DNA from: Alphaproteobacteria bacterium
GTDB lineage: Bacteria > Pseudomonadota > Alphaproteobacteria > CALKHQ01
Assembly: GCA_965227515.1 (NCBI GenBank)
Contig: CBDDFZ010000001.1
Coordinates: forward strand, 3,744,001-3,808,000
Length of the DNA: 64,000 bases
Reading direction: 5' to 3'
The position numbers were made by a program, and so were the translations under genes. The notes under the pieces were generated by a model. The model made no database searches. It had not been told where the DNA came from and saw only the letters and a program-made list of their open reading frames with translations. Positions 1 to 11,608 of the stretch are shown piece after piece. Within the stretch, counting starts at the first letter, position 1. The number at the start of each line of letters is the position of its first letter.

Positions 1-767
1 TCCGGCCCGGTCTGGGTGCGGTGACCGCGACGACGCGCCTCAAGGATCCAGGGCGTATCCGCCGGGGTCGGCACGATATCGGCAACGAAGCAATCGGCCG
101 GCAAGCCATCCAGCACGCAGGGCATGCCGGGGTCGCCATTCATGCCGACCGGCGTCGCGTTGCACACCAACGCACAGACGAAATCCTCGGGCGACGTCGT
201 GGCAACGTGGCGGCCCGGGCGGGCCTGGGTCAACCGCCCCGCCAGATCGGCCGCCCGTATGCCGTCGATACTCTCGATGACCAGCCTGCCCACGCCCGCA
301 TCCAGCAGCGCCAGCGCGATGGCGGACCCGGCGCCGCCCGCACCGATCAGGCGTACATCGGCGCCTTCCGGGTCGAACCCGTTCTGCCGAAGCGCGCCCA
401 CGAAACCGAGGCCGTCGGTGATGTCGCCCTGCAAATCGCCATCGGCGCCACGGCGGATGACGTTGCAGGCCCCGACCACGCCCACGGCCTCGGACCGGCT
501 GTCCAGCGCGTCGACGGCCGCCTGTTTGTGGGGATAGGTGACCACGGCGCCCAGGCAATTCCCCCAGCCGCGAAGGGCGCGCAAGGTATCGGCGAGCGCA
601 CCGGCGGGCACATCCACGGGGATCATCACCGCGTCGGTTCCCGTCTCCGCCGCCCACGCATTGAAGGCGCCTGGCGTCCTCACTTGCCGGATCGGTTGCC
701 CCAGCATCACGGCGAACAGGGTCTCGCCTCCGATCGCCGCCAAAGTCCTGTGATCCGACGCGGTCAT
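1..767 (-). CDS. Shikimate dehydrogenase family protein (3' end runs off window)
   Basis: Not in ORF track because it has no stop in the window. Manual translation from ATG 767 (ATGA overlap with tctA stop): MTASDHRTL...LGQPIRQVRTP...GAVVTYPHK...GACNVIR...DITDGLGF...IGAGGAGSAI...CNATPVGM, which are AroE-family motifs. Confidence 0.85.
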   Translation of the reverse strand, partial: MTASDHRTLAAIGGETLFAVMLGQPIRQVRTPGAFNAWAAETGTDAVMIPVDVPAGALADTLRALRGWGNCLGAVVTYPHKQAAVDALDSRSEAVGVVGACNVIRRGADGDLQGDITDGLGFVGALRQNGFDPEGADVRLIGAGGAGSAIALALLDAGVGRLVIESIDGIRAADLAGRLTQARPGRHVATTSPEDFVCALVCNATPVGMNGDPGMPCVLDGLPADCFVADIVPTPADTPWILEARRRGHRTQTGP

Positions 768-2287
768 GCCCGCCGCCGCCATCGGCCCGTGGCGCGCGCC
801 GCCAGTCGGCCTGCGCCACGGCGCAGCGGACCGATCTGGACCAGGATCATCCCGACTACGATGGCACAAAGCACGGCGGAGATCGGCCGGGTGAAGAACT
901 GCGAGTAGTCGCCGTCCGCCAGCGTGAACGAGCGGCGCAAATTGCTGTCCAGGATTGTGCCCAGGACGATTCCCAGCACCAGCGGCGCCATCGGGTAGTT
1001 CATCATCCTGAGCACGAAGCCGACCACGCCGAAGACCACCACGACCCCGATATCGAAGAACCGGGACTGGATGGCGTAGGGGCCGACCAGACAGAGCACC
1101 GCGATCACCGGCATCAGCCAGGTGTCCTTGACCCGCAGCACCAGGATCATGACCTTGGTCAGGCTGAGCCCCAGGATCAGGATGCCGAGCGTCGCCAGCA
1201 CCAGCATGGCAATGATGTCGTAGACGAGCTGCGGGTTGATATCCATCAGCAGCGGCCCCGGCTGCGCGCCGTGGATGATCAGCGCCGCCATCAGGATCGC
1301 GGCCACGCCCGACCCCGGAATCCCCAGCGTCAGCACCGGGATGATCGCGCCGGGAACGGAGGCGTTGTTGCCGGTTTCCGCCGCCGTCAGCCCCTCGACC
1401 GAGCCGTTGCCGTACTCCTCCGGCTTGCGGCTGGTCCGCTTCGCCAGCGCATAGGAGGTCCAGGCACCGATATCCTCGCCGACGCCTGGCAGCAGGCCGG
1501 TGAAGGTGCCCAGGATACCGGATCGCCCGATGACCCAGCGCATGGCGAACACATCGCGCAGGCGTGGCAGGATGCGGTCCGACGCATTGCTGATCGACGC
1601 ATTCAGCTTGCGCCGCATCACGCACAGCACCTCCGCGAACCCGAACGCACCGACCATGGCGGGCAGCAACGAGATGCCGGCAGACATCTCCGTGAAGCCG
1701 AAAGTGAATCGCAGGTGGCCATAGGCCGGTTCGCGCCCGATCGTCGCCACCAGCAACCCCAGGACACCCGCCACCCACCCCTTGATGGGATCGTTGCCGC
1801 TGAGCCCGCCCGACAGCATGACGCCAACGACCGCCAGCCAGAAGAACTCGTAGGCGCCGAACGAGAGTGCGAACTCGCCCAGTGGCGGCGTGATCACGGC
1901 CAGCAGCAGGATGCCGAGCAGGGTGCCGATTGCCGAGCCCACGGTCGCCATCGCCATCGCCTCGCCGGCCCTGCCCTTGCGGGCCAGCGCGTAGCCGTCC
2001 AGCGCGGTCGCCGCGGACGATGGCGTGCCGGGAATGTTCAGCAGAATGGCGCTACGGCTGCCGCCATAGATCGCCAGCACATAGGTGCAGACCAGCACCA
2101 GGATCGCATCCGACGAATTCATGTGGATGGTCATGGTGGTCAGCAGGGCAAGGCCCATGGTGGCGGTCAGCCCAGGCAAGGCCCCGATGATCAAGCCACC
2201 GAGGCAAGCCGCCGCGGCCAGCCCCAGCGACTGCAGGTCGAACAGCTCCGCGAAGGCATTGCCGAGATATTGCAGGAAGTCGAACAT
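764..2287 (-). CDS. tctA: Tripartite tricarboxylate transporter permease TctA
   Basis: 507 aa hydrophobic; GALPGLTATM, YGGSRSAILLNIPGTPSSAATALDGY, AETGNNA, LTLGIPGS motifs. Confidence 0.92.
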   Translation of the reverse strand: MFDFLQYLGNAFAELFDLQSLGLAAAACLGGLIIGALPGLTATMGLALLTTMTIHMNSSDAILVLVCTYVLAIYGGSRSAILLNIPGTPSSAATALDGYALARKGRAGEAMAMATVGSAIGTLLGILLLAVITPPLGEFALSFGAYEFFWLAVVGVMLSGGLSGNDPIKGWVAGVLGLLVATIGREPAYGHLRFTFGFTEMSAGISLLPAMVGAFGFAEVLCVMRRKLNASISNASDRILPRLRDVFAMRWVIGRSGILGTFTGLLPGVGEDIGAWTSYALAKRTSRKPEEYGNGSVEGLTAAETGNNASVPGAIIPVLTLGIPGSGVAAILMAALIIHGAQPGPLLMDINPQLVYDIIAMLVLATLGILILGLSLTKVMILVLRVKDTWLMPVIAVLCLVGPYAIQSRFFDIGVVVVFGVVGFVLRMMNYPMAPLVLGIVLGTILDSNLRRSFTLADGDYSQFFTRPISAVLCAIVVGMILVQIGPLRRGAGRLAARATGRWRRRA

Positions 2288-2293
2288 CGCGTG

Positions 2294-2794
2294 TCAGGGA
2301 AGCCGGACCAGGAACACTACTTCGAAGACGAACTCGACGATGAAGGCCGTGGCGACGCCGACCGCCAGGGCGCCGGCGACAACCTTCGCAATGCCCAATC
2401 GGCTGCGGCCCTGCCAATTGAACGCAACGATGAACAGCGTGATGAAGACGATGGTGGCCGGAATGAACGGCTGGCGGGTGCCCAGGCACGCGCCATAGGC
2501 GATCATCAGCACCATGGCGCCGAGCGCGCGCGGCATTGACACGGATGCCGGATCGACGGCGCCCTCGCCACCCACGATCACCTTGCCGGCAAGCGAGCGG
2601 ATCGACAGCACCGCCCCGAGGACGATCAGCGCACCGCCGAGCACGCCCGGCAGCAGCCCCGGCCCCGTCAGCACCGTCGCGCCCAGGTGGGTCGGGATCG
2701 GCATCCCGACCGCCTCCACGATGATCAGGCTGCCCAGGGCGATCCAGAACAGCCCACCCCAGAAATCCGTGCTGCGAGGTTGTGGGCGAACCAC
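2294..2794 (-). CDS. tctB: Tripartite tricarboxylate transporter TctB
   Basis: 166 aa, ~4 TM, GPGLLP motif, C-terminal FLVRLP, located between tctC and tctA. Confidence 0.85.
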   Translation of the reverse strand: MVRPQPRSTDFWGGLFWIALGSLIIVEAVGMPIPTHLGATVLTGPGLLPGVLGGALIVLGAVLSIRSLAGKVIVGGEGAVDPASVSMPRALGAMVLMIAYGACLGTRQPFIPATIVFITLFIVAFNWQGRSRLGIAKVVAGALAVGVATAFIVEFVFEVVFLVRLP

Positions 2795-2819
2795 TGCGGC
2801 GCTCCCCGTCTAATAGTTG

Positions 2820-2847
2820 TCCCGACCGGGTTTCGCCCGGCCGGGAC
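2820..2847 (-). other. Intergenic stem-loop between tctC and tctB (mRNA stability/attenuation)
   Basis: Imperfect inverted repeat TCCCGACCGGG-TTTCG-CCCGGCCGGGA. Confidence 0.45.
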
Positions 2848-2877
2848 GACGCACTCAATACATTACTGCGGTTCGGC

Positions 2878-3897
2878 CTATGGGCGCGGGATGCCGAGTT
2901 CCTCCGGCGACACCTCGGTGGTGCCGTCGTCGTACATCCGCCACGCGGTCTCCGAAACCGCCGCACGGGCCAGCGCCATCGCCTCCTCACCCCAAATCGG
3001 CGAGAAGATCGAGCCGTTTTCGGCCGCGTAGGTCTGCAAGGCCTCGGAGTTGGCGATCTCGTTGTCCCAGAGCTCACCCATACGGTCGACCACCTCCTGC
3101 GGTACGTCCGCCGGCACGAAGATGGCCACCTGGATGGTGATGCCGGGCGCGGAGAAATCCGGGTAGAAGTCGGTGATCGGCGGGATCGGATCGACACCCT
3201 GGATCGACAGCGGGGCGTCGGTCAGCACCGCGAGCGGACGGACCCTGCCACCGCCGATCATGGCGGATTGGCCCGGCCCCGACTGGGTCGATGCCATGAC
3301 CTCACCGGCCACCAAGGCGACCATGGTCGGCGCGTCGCCGTCGTAGGCCACGGCGCGGAACTCGCCACCGACGTGGGACTGGAACGCCTGCATCGCCGAA
3401 TAAGCCGTCGAGGGTATGCCCGACGTGCCCACCGTCAGTTCGCCCGGGCTCTCATTCATGAAGGCGGCCACGTCCTGCGGCGACTGGAACGGGGTGTCCA
3501 AGTTGACGCTCAGCACGGGCGCGTTTCGCACGATCATGAAGACGTGCCAGTCGTCGATGGACGTGTCGAGCAGGCCCTGGACGCCATAGGTGCCGAGATC
3601 CTGGACGCCGCCCGAAGCCCAGGTATTGCCATCGTGCGGCGCGTCGATCACCGCGACAGTGCCGACCGTGCCGCGCGCGCCGGTCTGGTTGACGACACTG
3701 ACCGGAATGTCCAGCGCGTCGGAGACTTCGGCCCCCAGTATGCGCATGACCGAGTCCGTCGCGCCGCCGGCCGACCACGGCACGACGATCTGGATCGGCT
3801 CGGTAGGCCATGCATCCTGCGCTGTAACCGCTTGCGTCGCCACGATCGGCGCGGCGAGCGCCATGGCAAAGACGCCAAGAATTCTTCGTCCGGACAT
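2878..3897 (-). CDS. tctC: Tripartite tricarboxylate transporter substrate-binding protein (Bug/TctC)
   Basis: Signal peptide; WPTEPIQIVVPWSAGGATD and VVNQTGARGTVG are Bug-family signatures. Confidence 0.9.
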   Translation of the reverse strand: MSGRRILGVFAMALAAPIVATQAVTAQDAWPTEPIQIVVPWSAGGATDSVMRILGAEVSDALDIPVSVVNQTGARGTVGTVAVIDAPHDGNTWASGGVQDLGTYGVQGLLDTSIDDWHVFMIVRNAPVLSVNLDTPFQSPQDVAAFMNESPGELTVGTSGIPSTAYSAMQAFQSHVGGEFRAVAYDGDAPTMVALVAGEVMASTQSGPGQSAMIGGGRVRPLAVLTDAPLSIQGVDPIPPITDFYPDFSAPGITIQVAIFVPADVPQEVVDRMGELWDNEIANSEALQTYAAENGSIFSPIWGEEAMALARAAVSETAWRMYDDGTTEVSPEELGIPRP

Positions 3898-3933
3898 GAC
3901 TGATGCCTCCCTATGCCTCGGCTCGTTCTTGTC

Positions 3934-3947
3934 TGTAACCGGTTACA
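3934..3947. promoter_or_regulatory. Putative LacI-family operator TGTAACCGGTTACA (copy 1, upstream of tctC)
   Basis: Perfect 14-bp palindrome with central CG; identical copy at 6460-6473; LacI gene lies between the two. Confidence 0.75.
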
Positions 3948-4033
3948 TTGATGATCAAGCAAGCCGGCCGAGTCAAGGCCGGTGATGCGATCGGACAAGC
4001 TGCTATGCGAACCCGGCGCGGAATTGGCGGCGG

Positions 4034-5077
4034 TCAGTCGGCGGGCGCCGGCCCCGATGTTGCGCGCACGACGACCTCGCTGGGGATCTTGCGGCTGGCG
4101 ACGGGAACGCCCTCCTCCACCATGTCCGCCACCATCTCGGCCGCCACCCGGCCAACTTCGTCGGAGGCGACCCGTACGGTGGTGATGGGTTGCGGCAGTT
4201 CGGACATCAGCTCGATATCGTCGTAGCCCACGATCGACATCTGCTCCGGCACACGAATGCCCATGGCCGCCGCTTCCAGAACCGCGCCTACCGCCAGCAA
4301 GGAGTTGCCGCAGATCAGCGCGGTCGGACGTCCGCCGTCGACCAGTTGGCGGAACAGCTTGCGGCCCTCGCCAATGCTCCAGCGGCCCTCGACCGAGGCG
4401 CTGGGCGGTATCGCGATGCCGTAGCGTGTCAGGGCGGCACGCACGCCATCCCGCCGCGCCGCGGCGCGGTCGTTGTTCAGCACCGTTTGCGCCATCAGGC
4501 CGAACCGCCTGTGGCCCAGCGAGACGAGGTAGTCGACCATATCGGCCATCGCCACCGCGTTGTCCGGCCCCACGCACGGGGCGGTCGCATCCTCCAGATA
4601 GACGAAGGAATTCACGATCGGAATCTCGACCCTGGCCAGGAACCGTTCGTACTCCGGCGCGCGCGTGCTGCCGACCAGCACCAGCCCTTCGACCCCGCGC
4701 TCGACCATCTTGCGCGCCAGGCTGAATTCCAACTCGGCGTTGTACTGCGAGCGCGCCAGCAGGAGCAGGTAGTTGCGCGCGGCCAGCGCGTCCTGCATGG
4801 CGTCCATGGCGCGGGCGAAGTCACCCAACGCCAATGCGGGGAAGATCGCGCCGATGGCGCCGTTGCGGTTGGACGCCAACGCGCGGGCGGCGGCATGCGG
4901 CACCCAGCCGAGCTGCTCGATGACCATGCTGACCCGCGTGCGCAAGGTCTCCGACACCAGTTCGGGATTGTTGAGCACGCGCGAGACGGTGGCCGTCGAG
5001 ACCCCGGCAATGGCCGCGACCTGGCGCAGGCCAACCCGCGATTTCCCCCCATTCTCGGCGCTCGGCTTGACCGGCAT
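4034..5077 (-). CDS. LacI family transcriptional regulator
   Basis: LRQVAAIAGVSTATVSRVLN HTH, AARALA hinge, SIVGYDD. Confidence 0.95.
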   Translation of the reverse strand: MPVKPSAENGGKSRVGLRQVAAIAGVSTATVSRVLNNPELVSETLRTRVSMVIEQLGWVPHAAARALASNRNGAIGAIFPALALGDFARAMDAMQDALAARNYLLLLARSQYNAELEFSLARKMVERGVEGLVLVGSTRAPEYERFLARVEIPIVNSFVYLEDATAPCVGPDNAVAMADMVDYLVSLGHRRFGLMAQTVLNNDRAAARRDGVRAALTRYGIAIPPSASVEGRWSIGEGRKLFRQLVDGGRPTALICGNSLLAVGAVLEAAAMGIRVPEQMSIVGYDDIELMSELPQPITTVRVASDEVGRVAAEMVADMVEEGVPVASRKIPSEVVVRATSGPAPAD

Positions 5078-5166
5078 GCTCGCTCCGACCTGCTTCGGCG
5101 ATATTGCTGCTCACGAACAACGGGGACGTCGCGATGGGCCCCCGCCGGAGCGTCGAGAGGATAAGA

Positions 5167-5192
5167 AAACCGCCCGCGAAAGGCGAGCGGGC
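5167..5192 (-). terminator. Putative intrinsic terminator after the DUF4286-like gene
   Basis: Minus strand CCCGCTCGCC-TTTC-GCGGGCGG followed by TTTTCTT (imperfect stem). Confidence 0.45.
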
Positions 5193-5870
5193 TCAGCCCG
5201 ACATGCCGTCGATCGGCCTGTCCAGCAGGTAGTCAAGCTGATAGAGGCCGCGATTGGCAGGCGATGATGCGCCTGCCGCCGCGAGCGCCGCGTCGGACGC
5301 GATCTCGCCGACAACTTCGCGCAGCGCCTTCGGCACCGCACCTTCCACCAACAGGATCGTCCGCGACGTCTCGTCCGGGCGGTCGCGCATGGCCGATTCG
5401 GCGGACGCACCAGCCGCCGTCTCGTGCCGTGCGAGCAGATGCACCGCCGACACGTCGGTTGCGGCGGCAAGCCGGTCTGCCAGCGGGCGCATGTCCTCGG
5501 CGGGCGCGTCGATGCGCAAGGTGGCGACCGTGCCGGCGGCACCCCGGCCTCGGCTTTCGACGACGCGGCACAGGGTGCGCGCGGTATCCGTGAAATAGGG
5601 CACCACGGCGCGCGTCCATGCCGACGGTGCATTGAGGCGCGCGAGATAGGCCTCGGAGCTGAGTACCTCCGGCGCCGTCACCTCGTAGAAATTGAAGTAG
5701 GCGGGGTGGCCCTGAAGGGCGACGTATCTGCGCGCGCGCAGGAACCCCGGCACCGAAATCCGCTCAGGGATGTGTTCGCTCACATGCCAGCGCAGGAACT
5801 CCCGGTCGAAGCCGTCCGCGATGCCGTTCCAGATCGCCAGCACGCCGGCGCCGCGCAGCCCCCCGGTCAT
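5193..5870 (-). CDS. DUF4286-like/dimeric alpha-beta barrel protein
   Basis: LAIWNGI...FLRWHVSEHIPERISVPGFLRARRY...YLARLNAPSAWT pattern; ATGA overlap with the MaoC gene. Confidence 0.7.
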   Translation of the reverse strand: MTGGLRGAGVLAIWNGIADGFDREFLRWHVSEHIPERISVPGFLRARRYVALQGHPAYFNFYEVTAPEVLSSEAYLARLNAPSAWTRAVVPYFTDTARTLCRVVESRGRGAAGTVATLRIDAPAEDMRPLADRLAAATDVSAVHLLARHETAAGASAESAMRDRPDETSRTILLVEGAVPKALREVVGEIASDAALAAAGASSPANRGLYQLDYLLDRPIDGMSG

Positions 5871-6367
5871 GCGGATGCCGATGCAGATGCCGCCCCTGTC
5901 GCGGCCTGCGACCCGGACAACTTCTTCGCCCAGCGCATCACGTGGACCCCCACGGCCAGCAACTCGCCCTTCTGGTTCACCGCCTCCATCTTGGCCAGGC
6001 TCTTGCCCGCCTCGCGATCGACCTCGGTGATCTCGTAACTGACGGTCACGGTATCGCCGAGGAACGTGGGCCGCAGGAACCTGATCTTGTCGTAGCCGGC
6101 GGAGACCGGGAAGTCGGTCAGATCCGGCTTGTGGATGATGTGCGCGATGCTGATGGTCGACACCGTGGACATGTACCCGACGATCAGCGCGCCGTGCGCG
6201 ATCCGCGTCCCCAGCGACGACCGCTCCTGCATGTATTGCTCGTTGATATGGGTGTCGCTGAAGTCGCCCGTCAGGCCCGCGAACAAGGTGACATCCACCT
6301 CGCCCACGGTCTTGGCGAACCTGAACACCTCGCCGACTTTCACGTAATCCAGGCCGGAATGCGCCAT
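5867..6367 (-). CDS. MaoC-family (R)-enoyl-CoA hydratase/dehydratase
   Basis: FAGLTGDFSDTHIN and RIAHGAL hot-dog motifs; start set to ATG 6367, which follows a GGAGG RBS. Confidence 0.88.
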   Translation of the reverse strand: MAHSGLDYVKVGEVFRFAKTVGEVDVTLFAGLTGDFSDTHINEQYMQERSSLGTRIAHGALIVGYMSTVSTISIAHIIHKPDLTDFPVSAGYDKIRFLRPTFLGDTVTVSYEITEVDREAGKSLAKMEAVNQKGELLAVGVHVMRWAKKLSGSQAATGAASASASA

Positions 6368-6459
6368 GCCGCCTTGTCCTCCCTGCTTGCAGGCTGTCGA
6401 GGCCCTTCTGGACCGGACCTTAGCCACTTGATCTGCCGAATGCGCTCTGATAACAGCAA

Positions 6460-6473
6460 TGTAACCGGTTACA
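6460..6473. promoter_or_regulatory. Putative LacI-family operator TGTAACCGGTTACA (copy 2, divergent maoC / CoA-transferase promoter)
   Basis: Perfect palindrome; shares CAATGTAACCGGTTACA (17 bp) with the reverse complement of copy 1. Confidence 0.75.
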
Positions 6474-6519
6474 CGGCAGCCGGCCGGCAGTCAACCGCGC
6501 GCTATCCAGGGGACCGAAC

Positions 6520-8058
6520 GTGAAGATCATTACAGCGGCTGACGCGGCGAAACTGGTTGCGGACGGACATGGCGTGATCGCCAGCGGGTCCGGCGGCGGC
6601 CACGCCGTGCCGGAGGCGCTGCTGGCGGCCCTTGGCGCGCGCTTTGCCGACAGCGGCAGCCCGTCCGGCCTGACGTTCGTGCATGTGGTCGGCATCGGCG
6701 ACCGCCAGACACGCGGCGCCGCCCATCTGGCACAGCCCGGCATGGTGCGCCGCGTCATCACCAGCGCCCTCATCGACTCGCCGGTGTTCATTCCGCTAGC
6801 CCGGGAAAACAAGATCGAGGCCTACACCCTGCCGCAGGGCGTGCTCTCCCAGCTCATGCGCGAGATGGCCGCCGGCCGGCCCGGGCTGATCACTCGCACC
6901 GGCCTGCACACGTTCGTCGACCCGCGCCAGCTTGGCGGCCTGCAAGGCGGCACGATGACCGAGCCGCGAGTCGAGCTGATGCAGATCGACGGCGAGGAGT
7001 GGCTGCGGTTCCGCCCCTTTCAGCTCGACATCGCGTTCCTGCGCGGCACCACCGCCGACGAGGACGGCAATGTCTCGATGGAAGAAGAGGCGATACCGGG
7101 CGAAATGCTGTCCACCGCCCAGGCGGTGCGGCGCATGGGCGGCAAGGTCATCGTCCAGGTCAAGCGGGTTGCCAAGGCCGGTGCCCTGCCCGCCCGCAGC
7201 GTGAAAATCCCCGGCATCTTGGTCGATCACATCGTCGTCGACCCCGACCAGCGCCAGACCTACGCCACCGATTTCGATCCCAGTTACGCCGGCGACATCA
7301 AGGTGCCGCTGCAATCCATCCGCCCGCTGCCGTTCGGGCCGCGCAAAGTGGTTGCGCGCCGCGCGGCGATGGAGCTTCGGCCCGGCGCCATCTGCAACGT
7401 CGGCGCGGGCATTTCCACCGGTATCTCCGCGGTCGCGGCCGAGGAAGAGCTGCTCGACCGCATCGTGCTGACCAACGAGCAGGGCTTCATCGGCGGCGCG
7501 CCGTTGACCGGCGTCGACTCCGGTGCGGCGCAGAACTGGGCAGCCATGGTCGACCAGCCCTACCAGTTCGACTTCTACGACGGCGGCGGCATCGACCGCG
7601 CGTTCCTGTCGTTCGTCGAGGTCAACGCGGCGGGCGACGTCAACATCAGCCGGTTCAACGACACCATCGTCGGCATCGGCGGCTTCGTGAACATCAGCCA
7701 GAACGCGAAGGAAACGGTGTTCAGCGGCACCTTCACCGCCGGCGGGTTGGAGGTCGCCTGCGACGACGGCCAACTGCGGATCGTCCAGGAAGGCAGGCAT
7801 CGCAAGTTCCGCGACCGGATCGAGCAGGTCTCCTACAGCGGCACGTTCGCGGCGCAGGAAGGCCGCAAGGCCGTGTTCGTCACCGAGCGCGCCGTCTTCC
7901 ATCTGGTCGACGGGCGCCTGCGCCTGTCGGAGATCGCGCCGGGCGTGGACTTGGAACGCGACGTGCTGGGGCAGATGGATTTCGCACCCGACATGCCGGA
8001 ACCGCCCCGCCTGATGGACGAGCGCCTGTTTCGTCCGGAGCCGATGGGGCTCGCCTAG
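6520..8058 (+). CDS. Acyl-CoA:acetate/3-ketoacid CoA-transferase (YdiF/propionate CoA-transferase type)
   Basis: 512 aa fused alpha/beta; LPQG, GLHTFVDPR, catalytic NEQG, FDFYDGGG, GGFVNISQN, VTERAVF. Confidence 0.92.
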   Translation: MKIITAADAAKLVADGHGVIASGSGGGHAVPEALLAALGARFADSGSPSGLTFVHVVGIGDRQTRGAAHLAQPGMVRRVITSALIDSPVFIPLARENKIEAYTLPQGVLSQLMREMAAGRPGLITRTGLHTFVDPRQLGGLQGGTMTEPRVELMQIDGEEWLRFRPFQLDIAFLRGTTADEDGNVSMEEEAIPGEMLSTAQAVRRMGGKVIVQVKRVAKAGALPARSVKIPGILVDHIVVDPDQRQTYATDFDPSYAGDIKVPLQSIRPLPFGPRKVVARRAAMELRPGAICNVGAGISTGISAVAAEEELLDRIVLTNEQGFIGGAPLTGVDSGAAQNWAAMVDQPYQFDFYDGGGIDRAFLSFVEVNAAGDVNISRFNDTIVGIGGFVNISQNAKETVFSGTFTAGGLEVACDDGQLRIVQEGRHRKFRDRIEQVSYSGTFAAQEGRKAVFVTERAVFHLVDGRLRLSEIAPGVDLERDVLGQMDFAPDMPEPPRLMDERLFRPEPMGLA

Positions 8059-8239
8059 TTCGGTCTGTTCGCTGCACTCGCATCAAGATAGGGAGCGGCC
8101 CGATACGCGGGAGATCGTCCGCGCACGCATCGGCGATGTGGCACCCAAACCGGCGGACGGCGGCGAGATGGACGCGTTGCCGTGATCCACTTCGAGTCTT
8201 GACCGACGGTTTGCGCTCAGTTGCGGCTGGCCTGCCTGG

Positions 8240-8974
8240 TCATTGCATGAACACGCCACCGTTTACGTCGAGCACCGTGCCGCAGATGTAGCTCGCCGCG
8301 TCGGAACAGAGGAAGGCAATCGGCCACGCGACCTCTTCCGGCCGCGCCATCCGGCCGAGCGGGACCCGCGACAGGTCAACCGGCTGGCCGTCCATCATCG
8401 GCGTTTCCACCGAAGCCGGGGCCACACCGTTGACCAGCACGTTCCCGGGAGCGGCCTGTTTCGCGAGCCACTTCACCAGCGCATGGACCCCGCCCTTCGA
8501 CGCCACATAGTGGGGCGATGCAATCAGCCCGCCCACCTTCCCGGCCACCGAGCCGACCAGGACGATGCGCCCAGACCCGCGCGCCAGCATGCCGGGCAGG
8601 AACGCGCGCGCGGCAATGATCGGCCCGCCCAGATTGACCGCGATCACGCGGTCGAATGCGGCATCCCAGTCCGGCTCGGTCCAGTCATCGAACGGGCAGA
8701 CCGCGGCATTGACGACCAGGGCGTCGATGTCGCCCACATCGGCCGCAACGCCCTCGATCGCGGCACGGTCGGCGGCGTCGGCGACATGGGTCTCTGCCGT
8801 GCCGCCCGATTCCTGAATCTCCTTGGCAAGTCCATCGGATCGTTCGCGGTCGACAAGAACCACGGCAGCACCAAGGCGGGCACACACCCGCGCGGTCGCC
8901 GCGCCGATGCCTGCGGCCGCCCCGGTGATCAGGACCCGGCGTCCGCCAAGCGAGAATGCATCGGGTGTGGTCAT
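8240..8974 (-). CDS. SDR family oxidoreductase
   Basis: ITGAAAGIG, VVNAA, YVASKGG; true start ATG 8974 (MTTPDAF), overlapping the permease stop. Confidence 0.9.
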   Translation of the reverse strand: MTTPDAFSLGGRRVLITGAAAGIGAATARVCARLGAAVVLVDRERSDGLAKEIQESGGTAETHVADAADRAAIEGVAADVGDIDALVVNAAVCPFDDWTEPDWDAAFDRVIAVNLGGPIIAARAFLPGMLARGSGRIVLVGSVAGKVGGLIASPHYVASKGGVHALVKWLAKQAAPGNVLVNGVAPASVETPMMDGQPVDLSRVPLGRMARPEEVAWPIAFLCSDAASYICGTVLDVNGGVFMQ

Positions 8975-9989
8975 TGCCCGCCGGCGGCACGGCGCTGCTC
9001 GCGCCGGCGCTGGGTGTAGACCGCGAGCCCGACCGCCAGGATCAGCATGCCGCCGTTGAACAGGTTCTCCACGAAGAACGGCGCGCCGAGCTGGGTGAGT
9101 CCCGACACCGCAACCGCCAGCACCGCGACGGCGAATACGGTGCCCCAGACATTGGGCCGGCCCGGCCTGATGCAGGTCGCGCCCAACAGCGCGCCGGTGA
9201 ACGCCGGCAATAACAGTTCCTGCCCCACCGTGCTCTGGCCGACCCGCAACTGCGCTTGCAGGATGATGCCGGCGAACGAGGCCAGCGTGCCGGAGGCCAT
9301 GAACGCCAGTGTCACGAAGAACGGACGCGAGATGCCGGTGAGTTCCGCCGCGCGCACGTTGTCGCCGATCACATAGAGGTAGCGGCCGAGCGGCAGGTAG
9401 TCGAAGACAACCCACAACACCAGCGCGAACCCGATCACGTAGACCACTGGCATCGGGATGCCAAAGATCTGACCGGAGAGCGCGGCGAACTCGGGCGGCA
9501 GTTCGCCCACCACCTGCATGCCGCCGGTGTACCACTGGTTCAGCCCCAGGATCAGCGTGCCCGACCCCAGTGTCGCGATGAACGAGTGAATGCGCAGGCG
9601 GGTCACCAGAATGCCGTTCGCGAAGCCGACCGCGGCGCCGATCAGCAGACAGATCAGGCAGGCGAGCTCCCAAGACAGGCCCTGCTGGGTCTGCAAGCCG
9701 TTCGCCAGCACCTGCGAAATGCCGAGGGTGGAGGCCACCGACAGGTCGAAATTGTCCGATGCCAGCGGGATCATCACCGCTAGCGCCGCCAGCACATAGA
9801 TCGAGCGGCTGTTCAGCATCGACTGGAAGGTGAAGGCGGTCAGGAAGGTGTCCGGCTTCAGGATCGAGAACACCACGATCAGCAGCACCAGGATGATCGC
9901 CAGGTTCCAGATCGAGAAGAAATGGACGACACCGCCCCAGCCACCGCCCTTGCGGTGTGCGGCTCTTGGATTGCCGTGCGGTGCCCCGC

Positions 9990-9993
<4 letters not shown>
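8971..9993 (-). CDS. Sugar ABC transporter permease (RbsC-like)
   Basis: FDLSVAS, IHSFIATLG, GRYLYVIGDNVRAAELTGI (EAA-like loop). Confidence 0.92.
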
Positions 9994-11525
<1,532 letters not shown>

Positions 11526-11547
11526 GTCTAGCGCTCAGTCTGCGGGC

Positions 11548-11590
11548 AAAAAAAGACCTGCGCGCGAAACCTTGCGGCATCGCGCGCAGG
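11548..11590 (-). terminator. Intra-operon terminator/stem-loop after the SBP gene
   Basis: Minus strand CCTGCGCGCGA-loop-TCGCGCGCAGG followed by TCTTTTTTT. Confidence 0.65.
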
Positions 11591-11608
11591 CCGGACGCGG
11601 ATCGGGGA

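Noticed and set aside
21-908. ORF-track calls at 21-908 (+) and 40-819 (-)
   Set aside because: The real coding frame is the minus-strand shikimate dehydrogenase-like frame from 767, which runs off the window
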